A stretch of 64,000 bases of DNA from Coleofasciculus sp. B1-GNL1-01. Lineage in GTDB: Bacteria; Cyanobacteriota; Cyanobacteriia; Cyanobacteriales; Coleofasciculaceae. Each line of letters begins with the position of its first letter. Positions within the stretch are counted from its first letter, which is position 1. Under the pieces are notes generated by a model. The model saw nothing but the letters and a program-made list of their open reading frames with translations, ran no database searches and was not told where the DNA came from. Of the stretch, positions 21,371 through 33,173 are shown piece by piece. A program made the translations under genes and the position numbers. The stretch lies in NCBI GenBank assembly GCA_040220235.1, contig JAVJTO010000081.1. One strand, given 5' to 3'.

Positions 21371-22297
21371 TCATTTTATTTGTTTGGGAAATGTCCGATG
21401 AGTCAAGATCCAAGGATCATCCGGCGTAGCTTTGAAGTCTTTACGAAAGTTACGATCGCTAAACTGGCGTATAATTTCACCGCCAATGAACTGGGTATTC
21501 ATCAAAAAACTCCCAAGAGCTAAACGGGAAAAATCTTTGGCTTCATACCGACTTTCAACATAGTCTGGAAGTTGCTTAACGGCGAATAATACAGTTTTTT
21601 GATCGAGGTTTGGTAACTGTTGAGCAGTTTTATATACCAAGTTTTCCAGGTTGTGTCCATAACCCTGTTTCTTGCTTTTCAAAGTTTCCTCATTAATCCC
21701 TTTAGCCATAAGAGCGCCCTTTAATAGCAGTTCTGTCGATATACAACAATTTTGGATTACAGCATATTTATTGAATGAACCTAATACAGTCGCTGCCGCT
21801 GCCTCAAGTTGCTGTTTGGCTAGAAACCACCATTCCACCGTTTTACTAGGGAGTTTACTTATTTTATTAATGTCATCAAGTCCATACACAAAATCCAGAA
21901 TATCAATGACTTGATCAAAGAAAGCAAACCCAGATTGTTGATCATTAAACAGCCATTTTTTTTGTCTCTCAGGTACATCTATGAAATCCACTGGTTTGAT
22001 TGCAGGTGTGCCAACAATGAGTGGAATGCGTATAGGAAAAAATACATCCCGGAACATAAAGGCTCCTATATGCATAGGCGGCTTATGAAGATCGGAGGAA
22101 CGATATAATTCACTGTATATCTGATTAACGGCGTTGAAAAGTGGATCGTTTTCAAGAGTAGTGCTACTACCAGGGTGCAAACGCTGTGCAATTTTCATGT
22201 ATGTCCCTATAGGACGTTGCCAGGGTTCTGCCCCCTCTTGAATTAGTTCGTCATCTACTTCAATGACAAGCTTCAACAACTCATTTTTTTCTGTCAC
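21371..22297 (-). CDS. HEPN-like domain protein
   Basis: STELLLKG...YGHNLENL...YVESRY pattern (E..LK / H.L..L / RY); AT-rich. Confidence 0.6.
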   Translation of the reverse strand: MTEKNELLKLVIEVDDELIQEGAEPWQRPIGTYMKIAQRLHPGSSTTLENDPLFNAVNQIYSELYRSSDLHKPPMHIGAFMFRDVFFPIRIPLIVGTPAIKPVDFIDVPERQKKWLFNDQQSGFAFFDQVIDILDFVYGLDDINKISKLPSKTVEWWFLAKQQLEAAAATVLGSFNKYAVIQNCCISTELLLKGALMAKGINEETLKSKKQGYGHNLENLVYKTAQQLPNLDQKTVLFAVKQLPDYVESRYEAKDFSRLALGSFLMNTQFIGGEIIRQFSDRNFRKDFKATPDDPWILTHRTFPKQIK

Positions 22298-22600
22298 TTC
22301 TACACTTAAACTAGAAACTTATGCCACTATGTTACACAATTCTAGGCGTTAAAAACCCAACAATTCAATGTAAAGGTTGGTTGGCAATGCCCACCCTACG
22401 GTATGTCAAGGGTTGTGGCGACTCCAAAATGCAAATTTTCAGTGCTATTCTACTTAGGTGAGGGCGCAAGCCTTGCGCCCCTATGTTTGGGTGTATCGTT
22501 AGCAGTTGAGAGCCGCTACAGAGTTTTCTGCCTTAGGTAAGGTAGGAGTGATCGCGTCATTGATTATTGTGCTACTGTTTTTCAGAAGTTCTAGCATCGA

Positions 22601-22705
22601 TACAGCGCTTAATTCTGTAATAAAGTACAGTAGATCAAAGTCCCCCTTTTTAAGGGGGATTTAGGGGGATCGACAATGTATCGCATAGCAGAGCAAACTG
22701 CTGTA
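22601..22705. mobile_element. MITE (TA|CAGC...GCTG|TA)
   Basis: TA-flanked inverted ends; inverted, expanded copy at 42650-42847. Confidence 0.75.
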
Positions 22706-22924
22706 TCTTTTGTTGAGTTTCCTGGCGTCAACCCAACCTACAACTACAACTAGCATCGATTTCGATTACTGGACTACTGTTCTAGAGCGTCAGTCGGCGT
22801 AATAGCAGTTAGCGGTGGGTAATACAAATCTGGGTTGATTACCTCCTTTATAATCCAGTCCGCGCAGGCGAACTTTGTTTGTGTAGCAGCGATTTTAATC
22901 GCCGTGACTTCTTGAACTGATACG

Positions 22925-24760
22925 CTATAAATTATGCTCGATCGCCCGATTCAGATTCCACGCCGCACTAATTAAAGATACATGGGTAAACGCTTGGGGA
23001 AAATTGCCCAACGCTTCACCACTTGATCCCGTTTCCTCGGCATACAATCCTAAATGGTTGGCATAACTGAGCATCTGTTCAAAAATCAGTCGAGCGCGAT
23101 CAAGTCGCTTAGTGTCTGCTTTTCCCGCCCTTGTCAACGCCTCAACTAGCCAGAATGTACAGAGATTAAACGTTCCTTCTGTCCCTGAAATACCATCTGG
23201 CGCTTCTTCGGGATTATACCGATACACTAAACTATCGGAAACCAGTCCCCCTATTTCTGGGGGGGAATTAATCGCATCCAGGGTTTTCAACATGCGAGGA
23301 TCAGTGGGAGACATGAAGAAAATTAAGGGCATAATCAGATTACTGGCATCTAGGGACGTGCTACCGTAATATTGAACAAAAGCTTGACGCTCCTCACTCC
23401 ATCCCTTTGTCATAATTTCTTCATAGATGCGATCGCGTTCCTTAAGCCATCGCTGGTGATCTGCTGGCAATGAGCGCTTTTGAGCCAAACGTAAACCACG
23501 ATCAAGTGCAACCCAACACATGAGATTAGAGTAAATAAAGTCTTTACGTCCCCCGCGTGTTTCCCAGATTCCTTCATCTTGGCGTTGCCAATTATCGCAA
23601 ACCCAATTCAGTAACCGCCGTAGGGATAGCCACAAGTCATAGGAAATCGGCGTGCCATATTTGTTGAACAAATATACCGAGTCCATCAATTCGCCATAAA
23701 TATCAAGCTGTAACTGCTTATAAGCCCCATTGCCAATCCGAACCGGGTAAGATCCCTTATACCCCTCAAGATGATCCAGAATCTCTTCATCGAGATCATG
23801 ATAGCCATCAATACCATACATAATCTGCAACGGATCTTCTGCATCCAACTCCTGACAGCGATTTTCCAAGAACAGCATGAACTGGGCGGCTTCCTCGGTA
23901 AACCCGATACGGAGTAGGGCATACAGGGTAAAGGATGCATCTCGAATCCAGGTATAGCGATAATCCCAATTTCGGGAACCCCCAATCATTTCTGGCAAGC
24001 TGCAAGTCGGCGCGGCTATAATTGCTCCCGTAGGTTCGTAGGTGAGTAATTTTAACGCCAGGGCTGAACGTTCCACCGTCTCGCGCCATCGACCTTCATA
24101 AGTACATTTGCCAATCCAGCGTCGCCAATACGCCACCGTATCGTCAAAGAGTTGAATCGCTTCTTGATGGCGCAGGGGCAAACTACACCCCCCATCCTGG
24201 TCAGTTTCTTGCAGCACAAAAACGGCGGTTTGTCCAGACTCTAACGTAAATTCGGTGAAGACACCGCATTCATTTTGTTTTAAAGGAACATCCGTCACCA
24301 ACCCCAAACTCAGAGACGGCGACTTAAAACACGCCCCCGTGGATGAGAGAATCGTCTCGTGGCGATCGCGGGCATAATTAAAAGCAGGATAGCACTCTAA
24401 GCGAAACTTCATTTTGCAGCGAACGACTTTAACCTGCCGCACTAACCAGTGATACCCTTTCTGATTCACTGGCATACCAACAGGCATAAAATCAATAATC
24501 TCACCTACCCCACAAGACGCCAGGAAGCGAGTCACCAACACATTCGTTTCGGGCCAATATAACTGTTTATGAGTGACGCCATCCACACAGGGAGCAATCT
24601 TAAAATGACCCCCTTTCTCAGCATCCAGTAATGCGGCAAAAACACTCGGAGAATCGTGTCGAGGAAAGCAAAACCAGTCAATTGAACCTCCTAAGCCAAC
24701 TAAGGCTGTGGTGTGCATATTGCCGATAATGCCGTAATTCTCGATAGATTGATATGCCAT
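22925..24760 (-). CDS. Glycoside hydrolase family 15 (glucoamylase/trehalase-like)
   Basis: [36 protein letters not shown] and [10 protein letters not shown] motifs. Confidence 0.93.
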   Translation of the reverse strand: MAYQSIENYGIIGNMHTTALVGLGGSIDWFCFPRHDSPSVFAALLDAEKGGHFKIAPCVDGVTHKQLYWPETNVLVTRFLASCGVGEIIDFMPVGMPVNQKGYHWLVRQVKVVRCKMKFRLECYPAFNYARDRHETILSSTGACFKSPSLSLGLVTDVPLKQNECGVFTEFTLESGQTAVFVLQETDQDGGCSLPLRHQEAIQLFDDTVAYWRRWIGKCTYEGRWRETVERSALALKLLTYEPTGAIIAAPTCSLPEMIGGSRNWDYRYTWIRDASFTLYALLRIGFTEEAAQFMLFLENRCQELDAEDPLQIMYGIDGYHDLDEEILDHLEGYKGSYPVRIGNGAYKQLQLDIYGELMDSVYLFNKYGTPISYDLWLSLRRLLNWVCDNWQRQDEGIWETRGGRKDFIYSNLMCWVALDRGLRLAQKRSLPADHQRWLKERDRIYEEIMTKGWSEERQAFVQYYGSTSLDASNLIMPLIFFMSPTDPRMLKTLDAINSPPEIGGLVSDSLVYRYNPEEAPDGISGTEGTFNLCTFWLVEALTRAGKADTKRLDRARLIFEQMLSYANHLGLYAEETGSSGEALGNFPQAFTHVSLISAAWNLNRAIEHNL

Positions 24761-24894
24761 TGAATTATGAATGTTTAATGTTCAATTTTGAAGTTTAAAC
24801 CACCGTCCATTAATCAAGGAAAAATGACAAATGACGTAGCTTGCTTCTTTTGGGAAGCGAGTATGACGAATGACGAATGACGAATGACATAAGA

Positions 24895-26823
24895 CTATTC
24901 CCCAATTTCCGCCAATTCCAACCAACGTTCTGTGGCTGTATCAATAGTATGAGTCAAGGTTTCTAATTTCTGATAAAGTTCCTGCACCTGATCCACTTTA
25001 CCAGGAGATGAATTATACAGCGCTTTTTCCACCTCTGCCTTCTCCGCTTCCAGTTGGGGAATTTTATCCTCTAATTCTTCAAACTCGCGCCGTTCCCAAT
25101 TAGAAAGCCGACGCGGTTTTCCATTACCAGACGATTGCGTTGTCAGCGTTTCCCCATTTGCCGACTTTTCTGACTTCTGTTGCATCTTAGCACTGGCTTC
25201 AGCCGCTGCTGCTTCCGCTTCCTTGTAATCCAGATACACAGAATAGTTACCCGGATACTGACGCAGAATTCCTTCTGATTCTAAGGCAAAAATTTTGTTG
25301 ACGGTGCGATCTAAAAAATAGCGATCGTGAGATACCACAATCACACAGCCATTGAAATTTTCTAGGTAATCTTCTAATACCGAAAGCGTTTGTACATCTA
25401 AATCATTGGTCGGTTCGTCCAAAATTAACACATTGGGAGCGCTCATTAAAACACGTAACAAAAATAGGCGGCGCTTTTCTCCTCCAGACAGTTTATGAAT
25501 GGGAATGTATTGTTGATTCGGTGGAAACAGAAACCGTTCTAACATTTGTGACGCCGTAATCAGCGTTCCATCCCCAGCTTTCACATATTCTGCCACTTCT
25601 TTGAGGTAATCAATCACTCGTTGATCTTGATTGATTGCCATTAGTAAATCATCAGAATGCTGGTCAAAATAGCCGATATGAATCGTTGCGCCAATATCCA
25701 CCTCACCTGAATCCGGCTCAATTCGCCCAGTGATAATATCCATTAATGTGGATTTACCACTCCCATTTTCGCCAATAATGCCAACGCGATCGTCGGGACT
25801 AAATTCGTAGGTAAAGTTTTGGATTAACGTGCGATCGCCATACCCTTTAGAGACATTCTCTAACTCAATCACTTTCTTGCCAATCCGACGACTGGCTGTG
25901 GAAATATCGACTTTGCCTTGAGCCTGTTTAAACTCTTGATCCTGCATCTGATGGATGCGGTCAATTCGCGCTTTCTGCTTCGTACTCCGCGCTTTTGGAC
26001 CTCGTTTCAGCCATTCCAACTCTCGCCGCAATACATTCTGATGTTTCCGTTCTTGACTGACGGCAGTTTCTTCAGCTAGGGCTTTTTTCTCTAAGTAGTA
26101 GGCATAGTTGCCATTGTAGGTATAAATATCACCTCTGTCAATTTCAATAATCCGATTGGTGACTTGATCCAAAAAATAGCGATCGTGGGTAATTAATAGA
26201 ATGGCTCCCGGATAAGATTTTAAATATCCCTGTAACCATTCTACCGACATAGCATCTAAATGGTTGGTGGGTTCATCCATCAGTAAAACATCGGGTTCTG
26301 ATAGTAACGCTGTCGCCAAGGCGATGCGCTTCCGATAACCTCCGGATAAATTACCAATGGGTGTATCAAAGTCTTGAATTCCTAGCTTCGTGAGGATGAC
26401 TTTGGCACTGGTTTCTAAGTCCCAAGCGCCTAGAGTTTCGATGCGCTGCGTCACCTGAGATAAACGTGCCATCACTTGTTTATCGTCTGAATTTCGTGCC
26501 AATTTGTGGGATAATTCCTCATAATCCCGGATGAGTCTCATCTGTTCACCACTATCGGCAAAGATCTGTTCTAATACGGTACGATTTTCATCTAAGTCCG
26601 GTTGTTGGGGTAAGTAAGCAATTCTCGCGCCGGGATTGACCAGAAATTGACCACCATCAATGGGTTCCAGTCCAGCAATCATTTTTAATAGAGTGGATTT
26701 ACCCGATCCATTCGTACCGATTAAGCCGACTTTATCGGTAGCATCGAGGCTAAAGCTGGCATCTTTGAGGATTTCTTTAATGCCAAAATCTTTTTTAACG
26801 GATTGCAGCGTGAAGATACTCAT
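24895..26823 (-). CDS. ABC-F family ATP-binding protein (Uup-like)
   Basis: Two ABC domains (GSGKST, LSGG, DEPTN), no TM segments, C-terminal coiled coil. Confidence 0.93.
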   Translation of the reverse strand: MSIFTLQSVKKDFGIKEILKDASFSLDATDKVGLIGTNGSGKSTLLKMIAGLEPIDGGQFLVNPGARIAYLPQQPDLDENRTVLEQIFADSGEQMRLIRDYEELSHKLARNSDDKQVMARLSQVTQRIETLGAWDLETSAKVILTKLGIQDFDTPIGNLSGGYRKRIALATALLSEPDVLLMDEPTNHLDAMSVEWLQGYLKSYPGAILLITHDRYFLDQVTNRIIEIDRGDIYTYNGNYAYYLEKKALAEETAVSQERKHQNVLRRELEWLKRGPKARSTKQKARIDRIHQMQDQEFKQAQGKVDISTASRRIGKKVIELENVSKGYGDRTLIQNFTYEFSPDDRVGIIGENGSGKSTLMDIITGRIEPDSGEVDIGATIHIGYFDQHSDDLLMAINQDQRVIDYLKEVAEYVKAGDGTLITASQMLERFLFPPNQQYIPIHKLSGGEKRRLFLLRVLMSAPNVLILDEPTNDLDVQTLSVLEDYLENFNGCVIVVSHDRYFLDRTVNKIFALESEGILRQYPGNYSVYLDYKEAEAAAAEASAKMQQKSEKSANGETLTTQSSGNGKPRRLSNWERREFEELEDKIPQLEAEKAEVEKALYNSSPGKVDQVQELYQKLETLTHTIDTATERWLELAEIGE

Positions 26824-27162
26824 TAAGTTTCTAACTTGATCCTATTTCTAAATTTGCCCTATTTATTGATTGATGGGAAAACAGTGGGTGCGTCTCTGCA
26901 CGTAAAACTGTTTCATGTCATCTGCAGTTGTGTCGTTTGTCTATCATACCTGTAGTTATTGGGACAAAAACCTTACTCTTCTATTCTTTTACCCTTTTAC
27001 CCCTTCCCCACTCTATACAACCAATGTTACCGGACTTGATATTATCCCTCATCCTTATTTTCACGCTAACACGTTCAAATTAAATTCGCGATCGCAACAC
27101 AGACAGATCCCCGACTTCTTCAAGGGGATCTTGCTTAGGCTGTAGTAAGTTGACACAGCTAG

Positions 27163-27624
27163 CTAAGTCTCCTCCCCAATTCTGCTGCACTCAGTTTGTG
27201 TCACCTGATGGCGATAGCTAAAGAGTTGTTCGAGTTGGGCGTCTACCCACCAATCCAACAGCCTCTCAACTAGCCATCCTCCCGGTAATCCATATTCAAT
27301 CCTATCGGTTAAGCGGGTTTTGCCTGCTTCTGGATTAAATTGGTGGCGATGAACCCAATACGCCATCGGTCCTTCCTTCTGTTTATCCGTAAAGATGGAA
27401 TAGGGTTCGCATTCGATGTGAATCGCTACCCAGCGCAGCGGAATTGGACCGACAAATAGACGAAATTCCGAAATCGCACCCACACCTAACCCACCTTCGC
27501 GACGTACAACCTGAACAGGTTGCCAAGGCGGAGTAAGTCGTTCTAGGATATCTGGACGCTCGTGAAAGTTCCAGACAACCTCCACGGGTGCGTCAATGAG
27601 CGTGGACTTGCGATAGTGCAACAT
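27163..27624 (-). CDS. SRPBCC/START-like cyclase family protein
   Basis: IDAPVEVVWNFHE...LTPPW, FTDKQ.EGP...WVHRH and LF.YRH motifs. Confidence 0.85.
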   Translation of the reverse strand: MLHYRKSTLIDAPVEVVWNFHERPDILERLTPPWQPVQVVRREGGLGVGAISEFRLFVGPIPLRWVAIHIECEPYSIFTDKQKEGPMAYWVHRHQFNPEAGKTRLTDRIEYGLPGGWLVERLLDWWVDAQLEQLFSYRHQVTQTECSRIGEET

Positions 27625-27825
27625 AAAACTATTATCACTGATTTTTCAGGTTGATTCCCAGCGCGTTGAACTTGGCACGATCTAGGGTATCGTGATGTCA
27701 GACCCATAAGTTTGATCTAAGTTCAGTATCAAGTTACACAATACGTCAACGCGATCGCTAACATCTCTTTTCCATACTGAAAACAGCACAGCAAACAGCG
27801 TTGAAAACAGGGAATTGGGGGATTT

Positions 27826-28179
27826 ATGACACAGAATTTGACCAAGCTGCAACTGACGAACATCGGCTGGACAGATGGTTTTGCTATTTGGCGAGTCCGG
27901 AACCTGAATAATGTCGATATTCAGTATAATTGGGATGTTTATGAAACTGGTCAGGCGGGTCAGGGGATTGCTTTAGCCAAATACGATGTATTTTTCTACA
28001 CGTCTTTAGTCAGAGGACCAAATACAGCGAGAGTATTAGTCAATGGTATCCAGCAAATGGTTAAATCCGCCCATTTAAACTATGCATTTTATCACAGTAT
28101 TGAACCCCTGCCTGAACCCATTCCTCCTAGTTTAGAACTCCAGAGTCTTGATCAGAAACAGCTTTGTGTGATGATTTAG
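27826..28179 (+). CDS. Hypothetical protein
   Basis: 117-aa ORF with ATG and purine-rich RBS; no recognised family. Confidence 0.55.
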   Translation: MTQNLTKLQLTNIGWTDGFAIWRVRNLNNVDIQYNWDVYETGQAGQGIALAKYDVFFYTSLVRGPNTARVLVNGIQQMVKSAHLNYAFYHSIEPLPEPIPPSLELQSLDQKQLCVMI

Positions 28180-28325
28180 GGATCTCTTAATTAAAATGAG
28201 GACAAGGGGATAATGGAATAAGGAAGATAGGGGAGATGAGGGAGATGGGGTGTAGGGGGAAGCTTCTGGGAACAGAAAAGACAAGGATATTTCAAAATTA
28301 TCTTAATCACAAATCACTTATAGCC

Positions 28326-28892
28326 ATGCAACAGTTAGAAAAAAAACTTACACTTGAAGACTTTCTGGCAATGCCAGAGTCAGATGTAACTCACGAATTA
28401 GTCAAGGGCGAGGCAGTACCAAAAATGTCACCAAAACGATTTCATGCTAGGGTAACGGGTGCTTTGTATACGCTTTTGAACCAGTGGTGTCAGGAACAGG
28501 GAGAAGTGAATCCCGAATGGGCGATCGCGTTAAAACGTCGGGGTGAAGACTGGGTTCCTGTGCCAGATTTAACCTATATTTCTTATCAGCGACTACCGAC
28601 AGACGTGATGGAAGATGAACCTTGTCCAGTTCCCCCAGAATTAGCCATTGAAATTATTTCACAGGGACAAAGATTTGGCACATTGATCGAGAAAGCCACC
28701 GATTATCTAGAAGCGGGAGTCTTACGAGTTTGGATTGTCGATCCTCACGCCAGAAGTATCACCGTTTTCTATCCCGATGCGCCACCGCGAACCTATACGA
28801 AAGATATGGTGATCACCGATTCGTTGTTTGAGGGATTAGAATTGACGCCGCAGCAGATATTTGGCGAAGCGAGATTACCTGAGAAGGATTAA
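28326..28892 (+). CDS. Uma2 family endonuclease
   Basis: LTLEDFL, ELVKG, VPDLTY, PELAIEIIS and YLEAGVLRVWIVDP motifs. Confidence 0.9.
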   Translation: MQQLEKKLTLEDFLAMPESDVTHELVKGEAVPKMSPKRFHARVTGALYTLLNQWCQEQGEVNPEWAIALKRRGEDWVPVPDLTYISYQRLPTDVMEDEPCPVPPELAIEIISQGQRFGTLIEKATDYLEAGVLRVWIVDPHARSITVFYPDAPPRTYTKDMVITDSLFEGLELTPQQIFGEARLPEKD

Positions 28893-29150
28893 TCTGCTTT
28901 TGAAACCCCTTTTTATAGCTTGGGTATTTTTTCCTTCTGCCCTCTTCTGCCCTCTGCCTTGTTCCTTACACCGCTATCAGAAAAAATGTACCCCTTGCTC
29001 CTCCAGCTTCCCCGGCTTCCCTCGCTCCCCCTCACCACAGCACTTATTCAGCAGCCCCTACTTACTCACCAGGCGGTTGGGTAAACCTCACCCCCCGACT
29101 CCAGGAGTCACGCTAGGATATTTACATAAGTTAACAATCCTAGCGTAACC

Positions 29151-29411
29151 ATGATTAATCTGATCGAATCCACCAAAGACTACTGGAGAAAGCTTGACGA
29201 GTTAGAAGCCGCCTACAAGCGAGGCGATGTCTCCGTTGAGGAAGTTGATGTTAGAGTGGCTCAACTCATGGATGAACTCGGTCATGAACGTAGAGTAACC
29301 TTAAGTTCCATAAGGCAAAGTATACTTCGGCTTTGGCAAGACCAACGCGAAACTCTCCTTGGCTTCGCGTTTCTGGCAATTTTGACTTATGCTTGGTTCA
29401 TCTTCAATTAG
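29151..29411 (+). CDS. Small membrane protein, hypothetical
   Basis: 86-aa ORF with C-terminal TM helix. Confidence 0.6.
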   Translation: MINLIESTKDYWRKLDELEAAYKRGDVSVEEVDVRVAQLMDELGHERRVTLSSIRQSILRLWQDQRETLLGFAFLAILTYAWFIFN

Positions 29412-29545
29412 GCTAAGTCGGTGGAGACAATTAAAGTGAATGATACTGACTGGTATGCTGGTGGGCAATGCCCACCCTACGGCATGTCCGTTGATTTCCA
29501 CCACTATACTTATACCCAGTTGTTGGAAAAATAGGTGAATATCTT

Positions 29546-30004
29546 ATGGAAAAAGCGACATTTGGAGCAGGCTGTTTTTGGGGAGTAGAGGCGGCATTTC
29601 GTCGATTAAATGGCGTTACTTCTACATCCGTCGGCTATATGGGAGGACATTTTGAGAACCCTTCCTATTTGGATGTTTGTGCCAGAATTACTGGACATGC
29701 AGAAGTGGTGCAAGTGGAGTATGATCCGTCTCAAATTTCCTACGATGACCTGCTGAATGTTTTTTGGTCAATTCATGACCCTACCCAGTATAATCGTCAG
29801 GGACCCGATCGCGGCGAGCAATACCGCTCGGTTGTATTTTTCCACAATCGGGATCAGGAGAAAGCTGCCAGAGAGTCAAAGCGCAAGCTTCAGATGTCTG
29901 GTAAGTATGACCAGGATATTATGACCGAAATTAAACCCGCTTCTGATTATTATTTCGCCGAAGAGTATCATCAGCAGTATTACGAGAAGAAAGGACGACC
30001 TTGA
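29546..30004 (+). CDS. msrA: Peptide methionine sulfoxide reductase A
   Basis: [30 protein letters not shown] and AEEYHQQY motifs. Confidence 0.95.
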   Translation: MEKATFGAGCFWGVEAAFRRLNGVTSTSVGYMGGHFENPSYLDVCARITGHAEVVQVEYDPSQISYDDLLNVFWSIHDPTQYNRQGPDRGEQYRSVVFFHNRDQEKAARESKRKLQMSGKYDQDIMTEIKPASDYYFAEEYHQQYYEKKGRP

Positions 30005-30006
30005 TT

Positions 30007-30068
30007 GTCATTCGTCATTCGTCATTCGTCATTCGTCATTCATCATTCATCATTTGTCATTTGTCATA
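30007..30068. repeat. STRR-type heptamer array (GTCATTC/GTCATTT)
   Basis: Tandem heptamers; complementary-strand copies near 24863-24888 and 61030-61065. Confidence 0.85.
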
Positions 30069-30327
30069 CTTGAAGAGCGCGAGAAGCAAGCTACGTCATT
30101 CCTCATTTGTTAAATTATGCCTTCTAGTTGATGCGTTACGCTACCCTTCGCGAACACTGCACGAACGCTAACACACTACTGGATTGGCACTACCTAAATT
30201 GATGGTAATAATTGGGTTCGTAGTAGGGAACCTTAGCCCTAGATCCGGTTGGGTTGAGCGAAGTCGAAACCCAACCTACAACCTATTCCACCATTTTAGC
30301 TGGGTCACGCTACTACGGTTGCTAGAG

Positions 30328-32037
30328 TTAACTGGGTTGGTTTTCTAGCTGGATGACGACTTTAACGTTATACTCCTCTTCAAACACGACTTTTTTATCT
30401 TCTAAACTCCAAACTTCTAAGGCACAGGTATCATTGGGATCTACAGGTGTCAGACGCAAACATAATTCTTTGTCCTCTGGTATATAGTGGCAGCGGATTT
30501 TAGAAATTGCCCCAATCTGTCGGCGATCTAGAGCAACAGCCAAACGTAAGAAAGGACTGATTTCTTTGACTAGATGCCGATAGTATTTGTTGGGTAAATT
30601 ATTGTAATTGTCGTGCTTTTTCTTGGGTGAACTCTTGCGATGGTAACGAGCTAAGTTAGCGATCACTTCAATTTCAATATCGGTGAAACCCAGTAATTCA
30701 CCGTTGCGAATCAGGTAATAGGAATGCTTATGATGTGAAGAATGACTCACATACAAACCACAATTGTGCAAAATTGCCGCCGCCCACAACAATTCTCGTG
30801 CTTCGGTTCCCCAATTATTTAGCTGTCCTTTGGTTTGATTAAATAAGCTGACGGCAAAGTTAGCCACCCGTTCACTAGAGGCTAAATTAACGTGATATTT
30901 TTGCGCGACTTTAATGATATTGCGTTTGCGAACTTCGCCTTGATACCGCAGTCTGTCTTCAATTAAGCCTTGGGAAAGCATCCAGTCTACGATAACTCCC
31001 TCTCGCAAAGCGCGTTCTCCGACGGTGAGGGACTGAATGCCTAACATCGTCATGGCTTCTAGTAAAATAATTGCGCCCGCCACGATAATTTCGGCTCGTT
31101 TATCCGCAAGTCCAGAGAGTTTTTCCCGTTCAGCACAGGTGAGTGCGGCAAGGTGTTTGACGATATCTTTGAGATCATTGCGGTTGAATTCATAGCCATT
31201 CAGGGGACTAGGTATTACCCCTAAATGTTCTTTGGCGTGAAGGGCGGCTAGGGTTTCAATTGTCCCCGAGGTTCCAACTAAGCGAGGCTTTTCTCCGGGT
31301 TCGATATTGGCTAAGATATCTTCAACGGCGCGTTCGATGCGTCCCCGAATATAGGCTTGTAAATATTGAAACTCGCGATCGCTAATCGGATCAGTGGTAA
31401 TGAATTCACGGGTTAAGCGTACTGCGCCGACTTTGGTGCTGGTGAGGGAACGGGGGGCGTGGCTGTCGCCTAAGATTAATTCCGTGGAACCGCCGCCAAT
31501 ATCGATGATGATGTGAGGTTGGTTATTAAATTCCATTCCCGACAAGACGCCCAGATAAATCCGCCTTGCTTCTTCTTGACCGGAAATGAGGTTGACAAAT
31601 AACCCTAATTGTGAATCAACTTGTTGTAAAAAGTCGCGTCCATTGGGGGCTTCCCGTACCGCACTCGTCGCCACAGCAACCAGGTGATCCGCCTGAAAAC
31701 TTTTCGCTAACGCCTGACAACGTTGCAACGCCGCGATCGCACGTTTGATGGCTTGGGGGGTTAAATTTCCGGTGTGGGGATCACGTTCCCCCAGTCGCAC
31801 CGTATCTTTTTCTTTCGCGATAATCGTAAACGAAGGAAGCGTCGGGTCAATCCGGACAATGACCATGTGAATCGAATTCGTGCCAATATCAATGGCAGCC
31901 AGAATGCGATCATTGTCTGTGGTTGGAGTCGAAACTCCTGCTGAATTCCCTTTGGCAGCTAAATCGATCATTCTTGTATTCGGGATTACAACTCTAGCCG
32001 TGATGCTATTGACAACGATAACTTTAAATCTGCTCAA
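30328..32037 (-). CDS. ppx: Ppx/GppA exopolyphosphatase
   Basis: AAIDIGTNS, ATSAVREA.NG, DIGGGSTE and ALREG motifs plus HD-like C-terminal region; true start probably slightly downstream of 32037. Confidence 0.92.
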   Translation of the reverse strand: MSRFKVIVVNSITARVVIPNTRMIDLAAKGNSAGVSTPTTDNDRILAAIDIGTNSIHMVIVRIDPTLPSFTIIAKEKDTVRLGERDPHTGNLTPQAIKRAIAALQRCQALAKSFQADHLVAVATSAVREAPNGRDFLQQVDSQLGLFVNLISGQEEARRIYLGVLSGMEFNNQPHIIIDIGGGSTELILGDSHAPRSLTSTKVGAVRLTREFITTDPISDREFQYLQAYIRGRIERAVEDILANIEPGEKPRLVGTSGTIETLAALHAKEHLGVIPSPLNGYEFNRNDLKDIVKHLAALTCAEREKLSGLADKRAEIIVAGAIILLEAMTMLGIQSLTVGERALREGVIVDWMLSQGLIEDRLRYQGEVRKRNIIKVAQKYHVNLASSERVANFAVSLFNQTKGQLNNWGTEARELLWAAAILHNCGLYVSHSSHHKHSYYLIRNGELLGFTDIEIEVIANLARYHRKSSPKKKHDNYNNLPNKYYRHLVKEISPFLRLAVALDRRQIGAISKIRCHYIPEDKELCLRLTPVDPNDTCALEVWSLEDKKVVFEEEYNVKVVIQLENQPS

Positions 32038-32122
32038 ATCGACAGTAGCAAAGTGTTGCGTTATCTTAACGATATAGATTTACCCTAATTTAGTGAAGAC
32101 CCGATAAAAGACCTGAGCATCG

Positions 32123-33007
32123 ATGCTGACCGACCAACACCCTCCCTCAATACCAACTTGGCTAGCGATCGCGCGGCTGTTGCGCTGGGATAAACCAGCC
32201 GGACGCTTAATTTTAATGGTTCCGGCGCTGTGGGCAGTTTTCTTAGCCGCCCAGGGTACACCCCCGATTCCCCTCGTCGGTGTGATTATTCTGGGAACCT
32301 TAGCCACGAGTGCGGCGGGTTGCGTGGTTAACGATTTGTGGGATCGCGACATTGATCCGCAAGTCGAACGCACCAAAGAACGTCCCTTAGCCTCTCGCGC
32401 CCTGTCTGTACAAGTTGGCGTGGTGGTGGTGTTAGTGGCGATGAGTTGTGCAGGTATCCTCGCCCTGTATCTCAATCCCTTCACCTTTTGGCTGTGCGTC
32501 GCCGCTATTCCCGTGATTGTATTTTATCCATCCGCCAAGCGCGTTTTTCCGATTCCTCAGTTAGTCTTATCCATCGCTTGGGGGTTTGCGGTTTTAATCA
32601 GTTGGAGTGCGGTTACTGGGAATTTACAACCCGCCACTTGGTTATTGTGGACAGCAACGGTAATGTGGACATTAGGATTTGATACTGTTTATGCGATGTC
32701 TGATCGGGACGATGACCAGAAGCTTGGGGTTAAGTCTAGCGCCTTGTTTTTTGGGGACTACGCCCCGGAAGCCGTGGGTCTATTTTTTGCCGCCACAGTG
32801 GGATTTTTGGCGAGATTGGGATTTGTCATGCAGCTACACTGGGGCTTTTGGATTGCTTTAGGTATAGCCACGATCGGGTGGATTTGGCACTATACGCGAC
32901 TGCGCCAACCTGATATTCCCAAACCCGTTTATGGGGGAATTTTCCGCCAAAATGTCTGGATTGGTTTTGTTCTATTGGCAGGGATGATTGGGGGTTTGGT
33001 TTTGTAG
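32123..33007 (+). CDS. plqA: 4-hydroxybenzoate solanesyltransferase (UbiA family)
   Basis: LLRWDKPAG, NDLWDRDID..VERT..RPLAS and DTVYAMSDRDDD motifs. Confidence 0.93.
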   Translation: MLTDQHPPSIPTWLAIARLLRWDKPAGRLILMVPALWAVFLAAQGTPPIPLVGVIILGTLATSAAGCVVNDLWDRDIDPQVERTKERPLASRALSVQVGVVVVLVAMSCAGILALYLNPFTFWLCVAAIPVIVFYPSAKRVFPIPQLVLSIAWGFAVLISWSAVTGNLQPATWLLWTATVMWTLGFDTVYAMSDRDDDQKLGVKSSALFFGDYAPEAVGLFFAATVGFLARLGFVMQLHWGFWIALGIATIGWIWHYTRLRQPDIPKPVYGGIFRQNVWIGFVLLAGMIGGLVL

Positions 33008-33173
33008 AGATAACTATACCAAAAGGCAGAAGACAGCAGGTGATTGATTACTGATAAGCTGATGTGCATTGAAATTGTATATCATCTGTTCCCTGTTCCC
33101 CGTTCCCTGTTGCCTTTTAAGTATTCAACCGGACATGATATCATTCATCTAAATAGCGCTCATCAAAAGAATC

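Noticed and set aside
20058..22900. tRNA-integrated island or prophage
   Set aside because: No integrase and no duplicated tRNA 3' end (att site) were seen.
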